A DNA stretch of 64,000 nt from Octopus vulgaris. Its lineage: Eukaryota. Of this stretch, positions 15,711 through 30,165 are shown in pieces. The DNA lies in the NCBI GenBank assembly GCA_951406725.2, contig OX597835.1, positions 35,216,001 to 35,280,000 on the forward strand, given 5' to 3'. Position 1 is the first letter of the stretch. The number at the start of each line of letters is the position of its first letter. A program made the translations under genes and the position numbers. The notes under the pieces were generated by a model. That model made no database searches, was not told the DNA's origin, and worked only from the letters and a program-made list of their open reading frames with translations.

Positions 15711-16677
15711 CAGATATATCTATTTATATATATATATGTATATATGTATATATATGTGTATATATGTATATATATGTACATATATATGTATGCGTATATA
15801 TATATATATGTATAATATATATACATATAAATCTTCCTTGGAACATCTATATCAGAAAATTAATACATTCAGAAGGGTGTTGTAGCTCACTTGAAGCATT
15901 GCAGTACGTAAGTGTAATAATAATTGAAATGAGAAATGAGGACAGTTTCTAACAGTGTAGAAATTTTAAAATCTTTTATATTTCGGACGCAAGGGCCCAC
16001 CTTCAGAAGAATACAGTAAAATAAAAACGTGCTTTTACATAGATATTTTCATTTTGGAAAGCTGGACGGGCAGCGATCCCATTTCAGTCCGGTCCCTGTT
16101 CTAGTTGCAGCAGCTCCCCAAATTTTGGCATTGTAACACCCTACGCACTAGATCACGTGCCTTTTCATGGACATTTTAACCTACAATAATTTCGTTACGA
16201 AAGAATTGTACAAAGAATTATAAACAAAAATATCAAAAGATATGGCGCTGTCAAAATTAATGATTCTTTTTTTTAAAGGACCAAACAAATTAACAAGTAA
16301 AACATGACTGTTCCAACCAAAGCACCCTAAATTTGAAGAACAATAAATAGAACTTCGATATTAATTCAACTATTCGACGCATTTATTCATCGAAATCGAA
16401 CATAACTAAAATTAGCAAAAATATATTAGATACTAATCAGGGTGAGTCTAATAGTAAAGTGAACATATTCAAGTTAGCCTTTAGGATAATACAGATGAAC
16501 TATTAGAATGGTACATTTAATTGATGAATTTGCAGAAAATGTCGATCCTTCAATTCGACTTAATAAATACGCTTATTTTTCTTCACTTTTACTTTTTAAA
16601 GCTCTAAACTTCACAATTAAAATTACAGATATAACTGAGATTGTAATTGATATAATTATAGCTGTTCAGAATAATTT

Positions 16678-17001
16678 ACGGAGATGTACTTGCATAGCGA
16701 ATGACTTGATCTGAGATCGTGTGCTGGAACGAAAACAATTGCAGCGTGGAAGGTGTTTATAAGCTATTTAAGAAACACAAAAACCGTTAGATTCACTTCA
16801 ACATTTAAATTTAATTTGTCAAAATATTTTCGTCGCTTTGAGACCGCAAACTGTTCACTGACAAAACTTCATGGTTTTGTCAGTGAACAGTTTGCGGTCT
16901 CAAAGCGACGAAAATATTTTGACAAATTAAATTTAAATGTTGAAGTGAATCTAACGGTTTTTGTGTTTCTTAAATGGCTTATAAACACCTTCCACGCTGC
17001 A
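16678..17001. mobile_element. Palindromic pLTR-like mini-element with ~125-bp inverted arms, each carrying a G3:C8 hammerhead
   Basis: 16740-16867 is the near-perfect reverse complement of 16874-17001. A second single-arm copy of the family is at 60829-61020. Confidence 0.75.
16876..16926 (+). ncRNA. Minimal type-I hammerhead with swapped G3:C8 core (mirror copy on minus strand at 16815-16865)
   Basis: TTTGTCA-GTGAACA-G-TTTGC ggtctcaaa GCGAC-GAAA-ATATT-T-TGACAAA: 7-bp helix I, palindromic helix III AATATT. Helix II is weaker than in the 60969 copy. Confidence 0.65.
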
Positions 17002-17231
17002 GAATAATTTAATTCTCCGTAATCTACGAGGAAAGCATAACCAAAGCATCAACAAAGATAGCACAATAGTACGGATAAAAAACAATAATATACCGAACAG
17101 TAACGCAAAAAAATTAATAAAAATCAATGAATCTACGACAGTAAGATGAATAAAAAGAGTAAAATCATGTACAACAGCGACATCTATAGAACCGGAAATG
17201 CTATCAACGAGAGGACTGTCAAAGTAGATAA

Positions 17232-18105
17232 TATTTATTTCGTTTTTGGATTTGGTTTGCAAGATTCTTTATATGAGTTCGTGTGTTGAAGCATACTCGG
17301 ATCTTGTCGGTTTGAACGGCAATTTTTAACATAATTTCTAGGTAACTAAAAGATTTTAAACTTCGTATACTGGTAGAATGTGTTTATAAAACATCTTTTT
17401 CTCTTGGCTTTATTGAGAAAATTCTATAGTTTGTAAGATATTTGTTGTGGTTTCTTCTTCAATTTCTGCAATTTCAACCAATCACTGACCAATCATTGAG
17501 TTAAAAAAAACATTCTGTGCCGTATGAATATGTCCCTCGTTTAAGAAACAGATTGGGTTTATTTACATTTCTGAAGAAAAAAAGATACCCTTCCCCCACC
17601 CCTAACCCTAACCCTAACCCTAACTTACCCTAACCCTAAAAGAGATTTAAATGCAATAGGTCGATTCTAGGGTCATAATTATGGGTGACAATTTCATATG
17701 ACACCGCTAGAAAAAACTGCCGTTCAAACCGAAAAGATCCGCATATTCTATTGTGTCTGGGGAGAGTCATTTTCTTTTTGTGCCTTATAATTTAACACAC
17801 TCACCGGTAAAATGTCCACGCTTTTCTTATTTTTATTGTCCTAAAATTTTCGTTGCGTCTTGCAACCTTTTCGATAGTTTTGACTCAAAGCTATTGAAAT
17901 AGAGAGTCAAAACTATTGAAAAGGTTGCAAGACGCAACGAAAAAATTTTATAAAAATAAAAATAAGGAAAATGTGGAAATTTTACCGGTGAGTGTGTTAC
18001 ATTATAAGGCAGAAAAAGAAAATGACTCTCCCCAGACACAACAGAATATGCTTCAACACACGAACTCACATAAAGAATCTTGCAAACCAAATCCCAAAAC
18101 GAAAC
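17232..18105. mobile_element. Palindromic pLTR-like element (~200-bp arms) carrying U3:A8 hammerheads; left arm split by a DNA transposon
   Basis: 17232-17298 plus 17741-17886 is the reverse complement of 17904-18105. A shorter palindromic sister copy lies at 18200-18395. Confidence 0.75.
17299..17740. mobile_element. Non-autonomous DNA transposon (Merlin-like MITE) with internal telomeric repeats
   Basis: TIRs GGATCTTGTCGGTTTGAACGGCA / TGCCGTTCAAACCGAAAAGATCC, 8-bp TSD GCATACTC / GCATATTC, (CCCTAA)n at 17600-17639. Superfamily inferred from GG termini and the 8-bp TSD. Confidence 0.8.
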
Positions 18106-18256
18106 TACTAAGTCTATTATATAGTTAGTATGTAATACTTAATTCTTATACAAACAATTTATGAGTGATTTGTGTATTCTCACTACGTATAGAGTTCTGG
18201 TTTTTATTTTCTTAAAATTTTCGTTGCGTCTTGCAACCTTTTCAATAGTCCTACCG

Positions 18257-18305
18257 AGTCAAGACTATTGAAAAGGTTGCAAGACGCAACGAAAATTTTA
18301 GGACT
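18257..18305 (+). ncRNA. Minimal type-I hammerhead with U3:A8 core (related copies 17904-17950 +, 17838-17886 -, 18211-18250 -)
   Basis: AGTC aaga CTA-TTGAAAA-G-GTTGC aagac GCAAC-GAAA-ATT-T-TAG GACT: bulged helix I, 5-bp helix II, palindromic helix III AATT. Confidence 0.7.
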
Positions 18306-18730
18306 ATAAAAATAAGAAAAACGTGGAAATTTTACCGGTGAGTGTGTTACATTAGAAGGCACAAAAAGAAAATGACTCTCCCCAGACACAATAGATAATT
18401 TTTATTGCCACCAGTAACATCTACAAAAATAAACGACATGTGCAACAATAACATAAACAAAAATGTTATTTTGATCTGCAGTAATAACATCAACAAAAAG
18501 AGCAATGTTATCCACAAGAACGTGACGAATAAACACAAGAGTCATGGCCAATAGTTACATAAACAAAAACAGCGATTATGTCAACGAAAGTAACTTAAGT
18601 AAAACAGCAATGTCATCTCTGCAATAGCAAAACTTTGTTAAAAAGGAAAAAGAAATGCCACTCACAACAGAAACATTAGCACAAAACTAGCAATGACATC
18701 TACAACAGGAATATCAACAAACATCAATAT

Positions 18731-18896
18731 AGGCGTAGGAGTGGCTGTGTGGTAAGTGGCTTGCTTACCAGCCATGTGGTTCCGGGTTCAGTCCCACTGC
18801 GTGGCATCTTGGTCAAGTGTCTTCTACTATAGCCTCGGGCCGACCAAAGCCTTGTGAATGGATTTGGTAGACGGAAACTGAAAGAAGCCCGTCGCA

Positions 18897-18942
<46 letters not shown>

Positions 18943-19145
18943 ATTGTGTGTCTGTGTTTGTTCTCCCAACATCACTTGACAAACGAAGCTGGTGTGTTTA
19001 CGTCCCCGTAACTTGACGGTTCGACAAAATAGACCGATAGAATAAGGACTAGGCTTACAAAGAATAAGTCCTGGGGTCGATTTGTTCGACTAAAGGCGGT
19101 GCTCCAGCATGGCCACAGTCAAATGACTGAAACAAGTAAAAGAAT
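18731..19145 (+). mobile_element. Family A SINE, full length
   Basis: Colinear with 6328-6738. Confidence 0.9.
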
Positions 19146-19447
19146 AGTAACATCAGCAAAAACAGTTATGTCATTCTCAAAAGTAGTATTAAAAATAAAC
19201 AGCATTTCCAACCCCAGCAGTAAAATCAGCGAAAACAGTAAAGTTGTCAGCAGTCATATCAGCAATAAACGATGATGATGTTTACAGTAATGTCTTCCAC
19301 AGCGGCAACGCTGACAAAAAACAAAACAAACAGTACTGTCATTTGTAACAGTAACATTAAAATAAAAAGCAATATCCTACATAAGAGTATCGTTAATAAA
19401 AACAGCCATGACATCCACAATGGTATGATAAGCAAAAACAGGAATAT

Positions 19448-19680
19448 ATATTTCTTTACTACCCACAAGGGGCTAAACACGGAGAGGACAAACAAGGACA
19501 GATAAACGGATTAAGTTGATTACATCGACCCCAGTGCGTAACTGGTACTTAATTTATCGACCCCAAAAGGATGAAAGGCAAAATCGACCTCGGCGGAATT
19601 TGAACCCAGAACGTAACGGCAGACGAAATACAGTTACGCATTTCGCCCGGCGTGCTAACGGTTCTGCCAGCTCGTCGCCT
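19448..19680 (-). mobile_element. Family B SINE, full length, with TSD
   Basis: Flanked by direct repeat AAAAACAGGAATAT. Confidence 0.9.
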
Positions 19681-19956
19681 GAAAAAAACAGGAATATCAT
19701 TTAAAAAAGCAACATCATCAAATACAGCAATGTTATCCACAACTGTAACATGAAAAAAGCCTAGATTTAAAACAGTAACATCAAGAAAAATCTATCATGT
19801 CGTCTATAACTGTAATGTCTACAAAGCAACGATGCCAGCAACAAAATTAGAATTACCAAAAAGCAGTAATATCGTTTCGAACAGCAACATAAAGAAAAAC
19901 AGCGATGACATCCACAACGGTCGTGATTCCCGTCGGTCATAATCTGTAATGATATC

Positions 19957-22152
19957 AACAAAAACAGAAAAGTCATCCACAAAAGCAACATGAATAATAA
20001 CAGCAATAACGTCTAAAACAGTACATATGAAGAAAACAGCAATATCAACTAGAACAGGAGCAATCTACAAAACAGTTATATAATCTGTAATAGTGTCAAC
20101 AAAGACAGCAATGTCATCAGAAACAGCCTTATGAATAAAAACAGCAATAGCTTCTCAAACAGTATATATGAAGAAAAACTGCATTATCACCTAGAACAGA
20201 GGAAATCTACAAAACAGTTATATAATCTGTATTAGTGTCAGCAAAAACAGCAATGCCACCCGAAACACCAATATGAATAAAAACAGCAACAGCTTCTAAA
20301 ACAGTATATATGAAGAAAAACAGCAATATCACCTAGAACAGAGGCAATCTACAAAACAGTTATATGATGTGTAATAGTGTCGACAAAAAACAGCAATGTC
20401 ATCCGAAAGAGCAATATGGATAAAAACAGCAATAGCTTCTAAAACAGTATATATGAAGAAAAACAGCAATATCACCTAGAACAGGGGCAATCTACAAAAC
20501 AGTTATATAATCTGTATTAGTGTCAACAAAAACAGCAATGCCACCCGAAACACCAATATGAATAAAAACAGCAACAGCTTCTAAAACAGTATAAATGAAG
20601 AAAAACAGCAATATCACCTAGAACAGAGGCAATCTACAAAACAGTTATATAATCTGTATTAGTGTCAGCAAAAACAGCAATGCCACCCGAAACACCAATA
20701 TGAATAAAAACAGCAACAGCTTCTAAAACAGTATATAAGAAGAAAAACAGCAATATCACCTAGAACAGAGGCAATCTACAAAACAGTTACATGGTCTGTA
20801 ATAGTGTCAACAAAAACAGCAATGTCATCCGAAACAGCCTTATGAATAAAAACAGCAGTAGCTTCTAAAACAGTATATATGAAGAAAAACAGCAATATCA
20901 CATAGAACAGAGGCAATCTACAAAACAGTTATATGGTCTGTAATAGTGTCAACAAAAACAGCAATGTCATCCGAAACCGCCTTATGAATAAAAACAGCAA
21001 TAACTTCTAAAACAGTATATATGAAGAAAAACAGCAATATCACCTAGAACAGAGGCAATCTACAAAACAGTTATATGGTCTGTAATAGTGTCAACAAAAA
21101 CAGCAATGTCACCCGAAACACCAATATGAATAAAAGCAGCAATAGCTTCTAAAACAGTACATATGAAGAAAAACAGCAATATCACCTAGAACAGCAGCAA
21201 TCTACAAAACAGTTATATAATCTGTAATAGTGTCAACAAAATCAGCAATGTCATCCGAAACAGCAATATGGATAAAATCAGCAATAGCTTCTAAAACAGT
21301 ATATATGAAGAAAAACAGCAATATCACCTAGAACAGCAGCAATCTACAAAACAGTTATATAATCTGTAATAGTGTCAACAAAAACAGCAATGTCATCCGA
21401 AACAGCAATATGGATAAAATCAGCAATAGCTTCTAACACAGTACATATGAAGAAAAACAGCAATATCACCTAGAACAGCAGCAATCTACAAAACAGTTAC
21501 ATGGTCTGTAATAGTGTCAACAAAAACAGCAATGTCATCCGAAACAGCAATATGAATAAAAACAGCACTAGCTTCTAAAACAGTACATATGAAGAAGAAA
21601 CAGCAATATCACCTAGAACAGGAGCTATCTACAAAACAGTTATATAATCTGTAATAGTGTCAACAAAATCAGCAATGTCATCCGAAACAGCAATATGGAT
21701 AAAATCAGCAATAGCTTCTAACACAGTACATATGAAGAAAAACAGCAATATCACCTAGAACAGCAGCAATCTACAAAACAGTTATATAATCTGTAATAGT
21801 GTCAACAAAAACAGCAATGTCATCCGAAACAGCAATATGGATAAAATCAGCAATAGCTTCTAACACAGTACATATGAAGAAAAACAGCAATATCACCTAG
21901 AACAGCAGCAATCTACAAAACAGTTATATAATCTGTAATAGTGTCAACAAAAACAGCAATGTCATCTGAAACAGCAATATGGATAAAATCAGCAATAGCT
22001 TCTAACACAGTACATATGAAGAAAAACAGCAATATCACCTAGAACAGGAGCAATCTACAAAACAGTTACATGGTCTGTAATAGTGTCAACGAAAACAGCA
22101 ATGTCATCCGAAACAGCAATATGTATAAAAACAGCAATAACTTCTAAAACAG
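19957..22152 (+). repeat. 142-bp tandem satellite, ~15 copies, made of four ~35-36-bp subunits
   Basis: ATATGAAGAAAAACAGCAATATCACCTAGAAC recurs every 141-143 bp from ~20025 to ~22014. Each unit has four AAAACAG(C/T)-initiated subrepeats. Confidence 0.95.
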
Positions 22153-22480
22153 CAACATTATGAAAACGTATCATTTACAATAGTAACTCAAAACACAGCA
22201 ATGTCAGCAACAAAAATAACAACACCCAAAACGCTAGTTGTATGCAACGGTGACATAATTAAAAACAGTTATGTCATCGACAACAATAGCATCCACAAAA
22301 ACAGCAATGATATCCACAGGTATATGATCATCAAAAAGAGGAACATAATCAATAATCATTGTTCTTACTGATGCTGTTGTAGATGCAATGTTGTTATTGT
22401 TGATGTTACCGAGATGGCATAACTGTTTTTGTTGATTCTACTTTCATGATCACATTGCCGTGTTTCTTGATATGCTGTTA

Positions 22481-22696
22481 TTCTTTTACTTGTTTCAGTC
22501 ATTTGACTGCGGCCATGCTGGAGCACTGCCTTTAGTCGAGCAAATCGACCCCAAAGACTCATTCTTTGTAAGTCTAGTACTTATTCTATCGGTCTCTTTT
22601 GCCGAACCGGTAAGTTACAGGGACGTAAACACACCAGCATCGGTTGTCAAGCGATGTTGGGGGAACAAACACAGACCCACAAATATATACACTCAA

Positions 22697-22744
<48 letters not shown>

Positions 22745-22749
22745 GTATA

Positions 22750-22780
<31 letters not shown>

Positions 22781-22944
22781 GTACGACGGGCTTCTTTCAG
22801 TTTCCATCTACCAAATCCACTCACAAGGCTTTGGTCGGCCCGAAGCTATAGTTGAAGACACTTGCCCAAGATGCCATCTAGTGGGACTGAACCCGGAACC
22901 ATGTGGTTCGTAAGCAAACTACTTACCACACAGCCACTCCTACG
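22481..22944 (-). mobile_element. Family A SINE, full length
   Basis: Reverse complement of the consensus. Confidence 0.9.
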
Positions 22945-23324
22945 CATGTTGTATATGTTATTGTTGTTTTTGTTCATGTTGTGAATGGCACCGCTGATTT
23001 TGTAGATGATACTATTGCGCATGTCAGTTATGATGCAGTTATGAATAACATTCTTGCTGTTGTTCGTGACTTTGCTGATTTCGTTGAAGTTACTGATGTT
23101 CATAAGATTGATGGTTTTGTTGATGTGACAACTGTGGATGCTGTTACTGTTTGTTGGCAATGTTATCATTGTAGGCGACATCACTGTCATGTCTTCAACA
23201 ATAATGACATCAACAAAAACAGCAATACCATCCTTATCATCCAAGCAAAGAAAACTACAGTATCATAAACGATAGCAGTAAGACCAAAAACAGACAAAAT
23301 AAAAAAAAAACTACGACGGTTTAC

Positions 23325-23548
23325 TCTTACTCTTTTACTCTTTTACTTGTTTCAGTCATTTGACTGCGGCCATGCTGGAGCACCGCCTTTAATCGAGCAT
23401 CTCGACTCCCAGGACTTATTTTTTGTAAGCCCAGTACTTAGTCTATCGGTCTCTTTTGCCGAACCGCTAAGTGACGGGGACGTAAACACACCAGCATCGG
23501 TTGTCCAGCAATGCTAGGAGGACAAACACAGACACACAAACATACACG

Positions 23549-23584
<36 letters not shown>

Positions 23585-23683
23585 CATATATACGACGGGC
23601 TTCTTTCAGTTTTCGTCTACCAAATCCACTCACAAGGCTTTTGTCGGCCCGAGGCTATAGTAGAAGACACTTGCCCAAGGTGC
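23325..23683 (-). mobile_element. Family A SINE, 5'-truncated
   Basis: Match ends at CTTGCCCAAGGTGCC and the tRNA head is missing. Confidence 0.85.
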
Positions 23684-24367
23684 CTATCAAATATCATTGA
23701 AAGAAAAATCTGGAACGTGTGCATCAGCAACTGCAAAAAAGCAATGTCAACAACAATAACAGCAAACTGAAAAAAAGTTCTATAGACAACTACAGCAACA
23801 ACAACAGCAGAAGCAGAAACTAAAAGAACCACAACAACAACAATAATTAAAACAGGCTATAATGGCGAAGAGAGCAAAATACTGTGATAGCTTACACAAC
23901 AACAAAAGCAAATATAATATAAATAGTGTTATCACAAATAGTCAAAAATTATAAGTTCAAAAACAGAAACTGTAACAGAAATCAACATTTCCAACAATAA
24001 CTACATCTAGAAAAACTGTAATGGATTCTGGAATGGCAAGAATAACAATGAAAACAGTAATGTCATCAATAATAACAGCAATAACAGCAAAAGCAAATAC
24101 AGTAATGTAATGGATGACAGCAGTAACAAAACTTTAATAAGAACACCATAAACGTCAGCAACTCGGTTTCCCAAGCAGTTACCCATCTAACTACTAAAAG
24201 CGTCATTAGATGCGTGACCGCTTGGGAAACCGAGGTGCATCTCACTTTTGGGCACAGGCGTCGCTGTGTGGTAAGGAACTTGTTTCCCAACCACATGGCT
24301 CCGGCCTCAATACCGCTGACCAAAGCCTTGTGAGTGGATTTAATAGACGGAAACCGAAAGAAACCCG

Positions 24368-24427
<60 letters not shown>

Positions 24428-24484
24428 CACACGACATTCAGTTTCGGAGTACTAAATCCATTCATAAGGCTTTATATATATGCA

Positions 24485-24613
<129 letters not shown>

Positions 24614-24832
24614 GTGTGTGTATATGTATGTGTATGTATGTGTGTATGTGTGTGTGTATGTATGTATGTGTGCATGTGTGCATGTGTGTTTGTGTGTATG
24701 TGGTTGTGCGTGTGTTCGTCTCGCACCTCCACTTAACAGCCCGTGTTGGGATGTTTACATCTCTGTAAATTAACAGTTCGGCAAAAGAGAACGACAGAAT
24801 AAGTACCAGGCTGAAAAAGAAAAAAAAATAAG

Positions 24833-25245
24833 CAGGAGTGGCTGTGTGGTAAGTAGCTTGCTAACCAACCACATGGTTCCGGGTTCAGTCCCACTGCGTG
24901 GCATCTTGGGCAAATGTCTTCTGCTATAGCCCCGGGCCGACCAATGCCTTGTGAGTGGATTTGGTAGACGGAAACTGAAAGAAGCCTGTCGTATATATGT
25001 ATATATATATATGTATATGTGTGTGTGTGTGTGTGTGCGTTTGTGTTTGTCTACCTAGCATTGCTTGACAACCGATGCTGGTGTGTTTACGTCCCCGTCA
25101 CTTAGCGGTTCGGCAAAAGAGACCGATAGACTAAGTACTGGGCTTACAAAGAATAAGTCCCGGGGTCGATTTGTTCGACTAAAGGTGGTGCTCCTGCATG
25201 GCCGCAGTCAAATGACTGAAACAAGTAAAAGAGTAAAAGAGTAAG
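24833..25245 (+). mobile_element. Family A SINE nested in the tail of an older, microsatellite-expanded SINE (24255-25330)
   Basis: Intact consensus. The older copy's tail (AAGTAC...GTCGATTCGTTCGACTAA...CAGCATAGCCGCAGTCC) resumes after it. Confidence 0.85.
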
Positions 25246-25614
25246 TACTAGTGTCGATTCGTTCGACTAAAAACAAATTCTTCAAGGTGGTGCCCCAGCA
25301 TAGCCGCAGTCCAATGACTGAAAGAAGCAAAATGCCAATAGATAAATGTTCAACAACAGGGTTATGCCAAACTGCGGTGAAAATGAGAAGAGCAATGTCA
25401 TCAGAAGATCAACAAAAAAAACAGCCATATCATGCATAACAACAACAACAACAACAGCAGAAGCAGCAGCAGCAGCAGCAACAACAACAACAACAAGGGC
25501 AATACAATCTACAACAAAAGCAACGTCAAGAAACATTAAATGAAAGAAAAATAAAGTGCCAAAGCAGCGTTAAGTTCGGCAGTGACGAACAAAACGACAA
25601 TAATTCTAACAAGA

Positions 25615-26700
<1,086 letters not shown>

Positions 26701-27851
26701 AGAATGAAAGTAATAATCTTTATTTTATTTCCCAAAACTATTTTCTAGAAAAGAAAAAAGATGAATAAGAATTAATAAAGATGTTTTGAAAGTAATAAGA
26801 AGAAAAAATAGAAAACAAGAAAAAATGTGAAGAAAAAAATAGTTATAGAGAAGTACCAGAAAAAAAGGACAGCAACAGGCACAACAACAACAACAACAAC
26901 AACAACAACGTTGCCGACGAAGAATACGACAGCAGCAGCAGCCGCAGCAGCAACGACAAGGTGAAGAAAAGCTCAAGACGGCAGCTGAATGTGGAAAATG
27001 GCGAAATGTTACATTTTACTGTCTTTGGGGGAACATTGGAGTTTTTAAATGGCGGACATGAGAGATTTTTGTCTTGGTGGTTATAAGGCGATGGTGATAT
27101 GACAATGGTTGTTCTGCGGGGTGGGGGTGGGGGTGGCAGGATAATGGTTGTTCTGTGGTGATGATGGTAGTTTTGGAGCAGTGGTAGGATAATGGCTGCT
27201 TTGTGGTGGTGGTGGTGATTATGGTGGTGGTGGTGGTGGTGATTGTGGTGGCGATGGTAGGATAACGCTTGTTTTTTGGAGGTGGTAGAGGTAGTGTTGG
27301 CGGTGTGATGTTGTTGAAGGTTGTTGTAGTGGTGGTGGCGGTGGTGGTGATGTTGGTGAAGATTGTTGTAGTGGTGGTGGTGGTAGTGGTGGTGATGGTA
27401 GTCGTGGCGGTGGTGGTGGTGATGGTGTTGGCGATGGTTGCGATGTTGGTGAAGATTGTTGTAGCGGTGGTGATGGTAGTGGTGGCGGTGGTGGCGGTGA
27501 TGGTGTTGGCGATAGATGTGATGTTGGTGAAGATTGTTGTAGTGGTTGTGGTGGTGGTGGTAGTGGTGGTGATGGTAGTGGTGGCGGTGGTGGTGGTAAT
27601 GGTGTTGGCGATAGTTGTGATGCTGGTGAAGATTGTTGTAGTGGTGGTGATGGTGGTAGTGGTGGCTTTACATTTGCACAAGCTGGCTCCAAGTCTCACC
27701 CAGAGACCTCAGGAGACAACAAGTTGGAAGTTCATGTTGGAAGTTTTTATGTGTTTAATTAATCGACCTGCTAAAAATAACAGCCAACCTTCCTAGCATC
27801 AAACACAACCTTTTTCGATTTACATGAATAAGATAAAAAATATCTTATGTA

Positions 27852-27944
<93 letters not shown>

Positions 27945-27945
<1 letters not shown>

Positions 27946-28885
27946 TATGTTTGACTTTTGCTTTATATTTGTACAAGTTGGCTCCAAGTCTCACCCAGAG
28001 ACCTCAAGAGACAACAGGGTTGGAAGTTCATGTTGTTGTTATGCCTAGTGTGCCATATATTTGGGGGTGGGGATGTTGTACTAATGAATGTCTAAAAAAA
28101 AGTTTTTTTTTGTTTTTTTTTAAACCGAAAATTATGTTTGTTTTAAACCTTGAGATTACATAGAGAGTATTTTGCGTAGGATATGAGCAGTTCCCATGAG
28201 CACTATCTTTTGAACTTCTGCCATTTTTGGGTTTCCTGGTATCTGAGTTAGGTAGCTATCAGCCCCTTTTGCTATCATTCCCAGGGCACCTATGACAACA
28301 GGTATTGTTTTAGTCTTCAGCTTCCACATTTTGCTGATTTCTATTTCAAGATCTTTATATTTGCTCAGTTTTTGGTAGGTCTTGACAGATACGTTTATAT
28401 CGATTGGGACAGTCATATCAATGAGGAGGCATGTTCTTTGTTTGAAGTCTTTCAATATGATGTCTGGCCTATTTGCATCTATCTTCCTGTCAGTTTGAAT
28501 GGTGAAGTTCCAGAGGAGTGAGATGTGGTCATTTTCAAGCACTGGGGGTGGTTTGTGTTCCCACCAGTTTTTTTCATGGGGCAAATCCAGGTTTTTACAG
28601 ATTACCCAGTGAATATATTGTGCAGCTCTATCGTGCCTGTTGAGATACTCTGTAGGCGCTAGAAAACTGCACTTGGAGACCACATGGTCAATGGTTTCAT
28701 TTTGTTGCTTGCATACACGACACGTTGGACTGCTTCTGATCTTTAATATGTTGGCCTGGTAGTTTCTTGTTGGTAGGCATTGATCTTAAGCTGCTATGAT
28801 AAACCCCTCTGTTTCAGATTTTAAGCCAGAGGCCATTAGCCATTGATGGGTCAGGGCTTTGTCGATATCTGCATTATTCGCTCTC
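27945..28885 (-). mobile_element. 5'-truncated Dong/R4-clade non-LTR retrotransposon (CCHC knuckle plus restriction-like endonuclease), one premature stop
   Basis: Minus-strand translation AA*DQ...CRVCKQQNETIDHVVSKC...RHD...NRPDIILKD...LLIDMTVP...KLSKYKDL...GTAHILRKILSM (ORF 28156-28683), followed by a 3' UTR. Flanked on both sides by (TAA)n. Confidence 0.85.
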
Positions 28886-28952
<67 letters not shown>

Positions 28953-28993
28953 CATCATCATCATAATTATTATTATCATTATTATTATTATTA

Positions 28994-29030
<37 letters not shown>

Positions 29031-29041
29031 CATCATCATCA

Positions 29042-29118
<77 letters not shown>

Positions 29119-29248
29119 GCCTTTGCACAGCTTCTAACGCTGGAGATGTACTACAGTGTCAGCTGTTCACTACCAGTGAACTAAGGTAACACCTCTTATT
29201 TTTCGAACACCTTCCGGAGTATTCGAGCGGTTCCAAGCAGTGCTGTTT
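29119..29248 (-). mobile_element. Short 3' end of a second Dong/R4-type LINE family
   Basis: Minus strand reads KTALLGTARILRKVFEK* plus a short 3' UTR, embedded in (TAA)n. Confidence 0.75.
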
Positions 29249-29255
29249 ATTATTG

Positions 29256-29456
<201 letters not shown>

Positions 29457-29928
29457 GTTGTTGTAGTAATGGCAGTGGTGTTGTAGTTTAAACTGTGATG
29501 GCACTGGTGATGGTGGTAACGGTTGCAATAGTTACCATTTAGTCCCTGGTCAGCCCTGAATGAGTTGACCTGTGATCAAATATATTCCAGCCGTGCCCGC
29601 CCTATAATATATCCAGGCATAACGCATCATAACTACGTTATCTAATTCCACTTTTAAAGGCGGTATGGTGTGATTTGACTGCTATTTCAAGCCGATCAAT
29701 CAACCACGTCGTAACTTTGTTATTGAGTGGTGCAATTTAAGGGGCATTTGGCTGTTATTCTTAGTAGATCGATCAGCATCGTTGAAATTATGTTATTCGA
29801 TGGCGTGGTGGAAGTGACATTTAGACCCAGGGCAACCAATCATGACCAAGGAGATCTATAATCACAGGTATTTCAACCATGACCATCCAATCTGAATTTC
29901 AGTCAGAATAATGTATTATAGATATTGG

Positions 29929-30165
29929 AAGGGGGGCGAGCTGGCAGAATCGTTAGCATACCGAGCGAAATGCTTAGCGGTATTTCGTCTGCCGCTACCT
30001 TCTGAGTTCAAATTCCACCGAGGTCGACTTTACTTTTCATCCTTTCGGGGTCGATTAAATAAGTACCAGTTATGCACTGAGGTCGATATAATCGACTTAA
30101 TCCGTTTGTCTGTCCTTGTTTGCCCTCTCTGTGTTTAGCCCCTTGTGGGTAGTAAAGAAATAGGT
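29929..30165 (+). mobile_element. Family B SINE with TSD
   Basis: Flanked by GTATTATAGATATT direct repeats. Confidence 0.9.

Noticed and set aside
15972-16010. Minus-strand CTGAAGG-T-GGGC..GTCC-GAAATATA hammerhead-like motif
   Set aside because: A9 is replaced by G and helix I is only 2 bp. Probably a decayed copy, too weak to call.
19957-22152. Regular repeat array as a possible CRISPR or coding repeat
   Set aside because: No unique spacers, eukaryotic context, and no long ORF over it in the ORF track. It is a satellite.
27016-27796. Thr/Pro-rich mucin-like ORFs
   Set aside because: Degenerate (GGT)n-derived repeat open in multiple frames. The apparent start lies in a LINE 3' UTR fragment and there is no splice or domain support.
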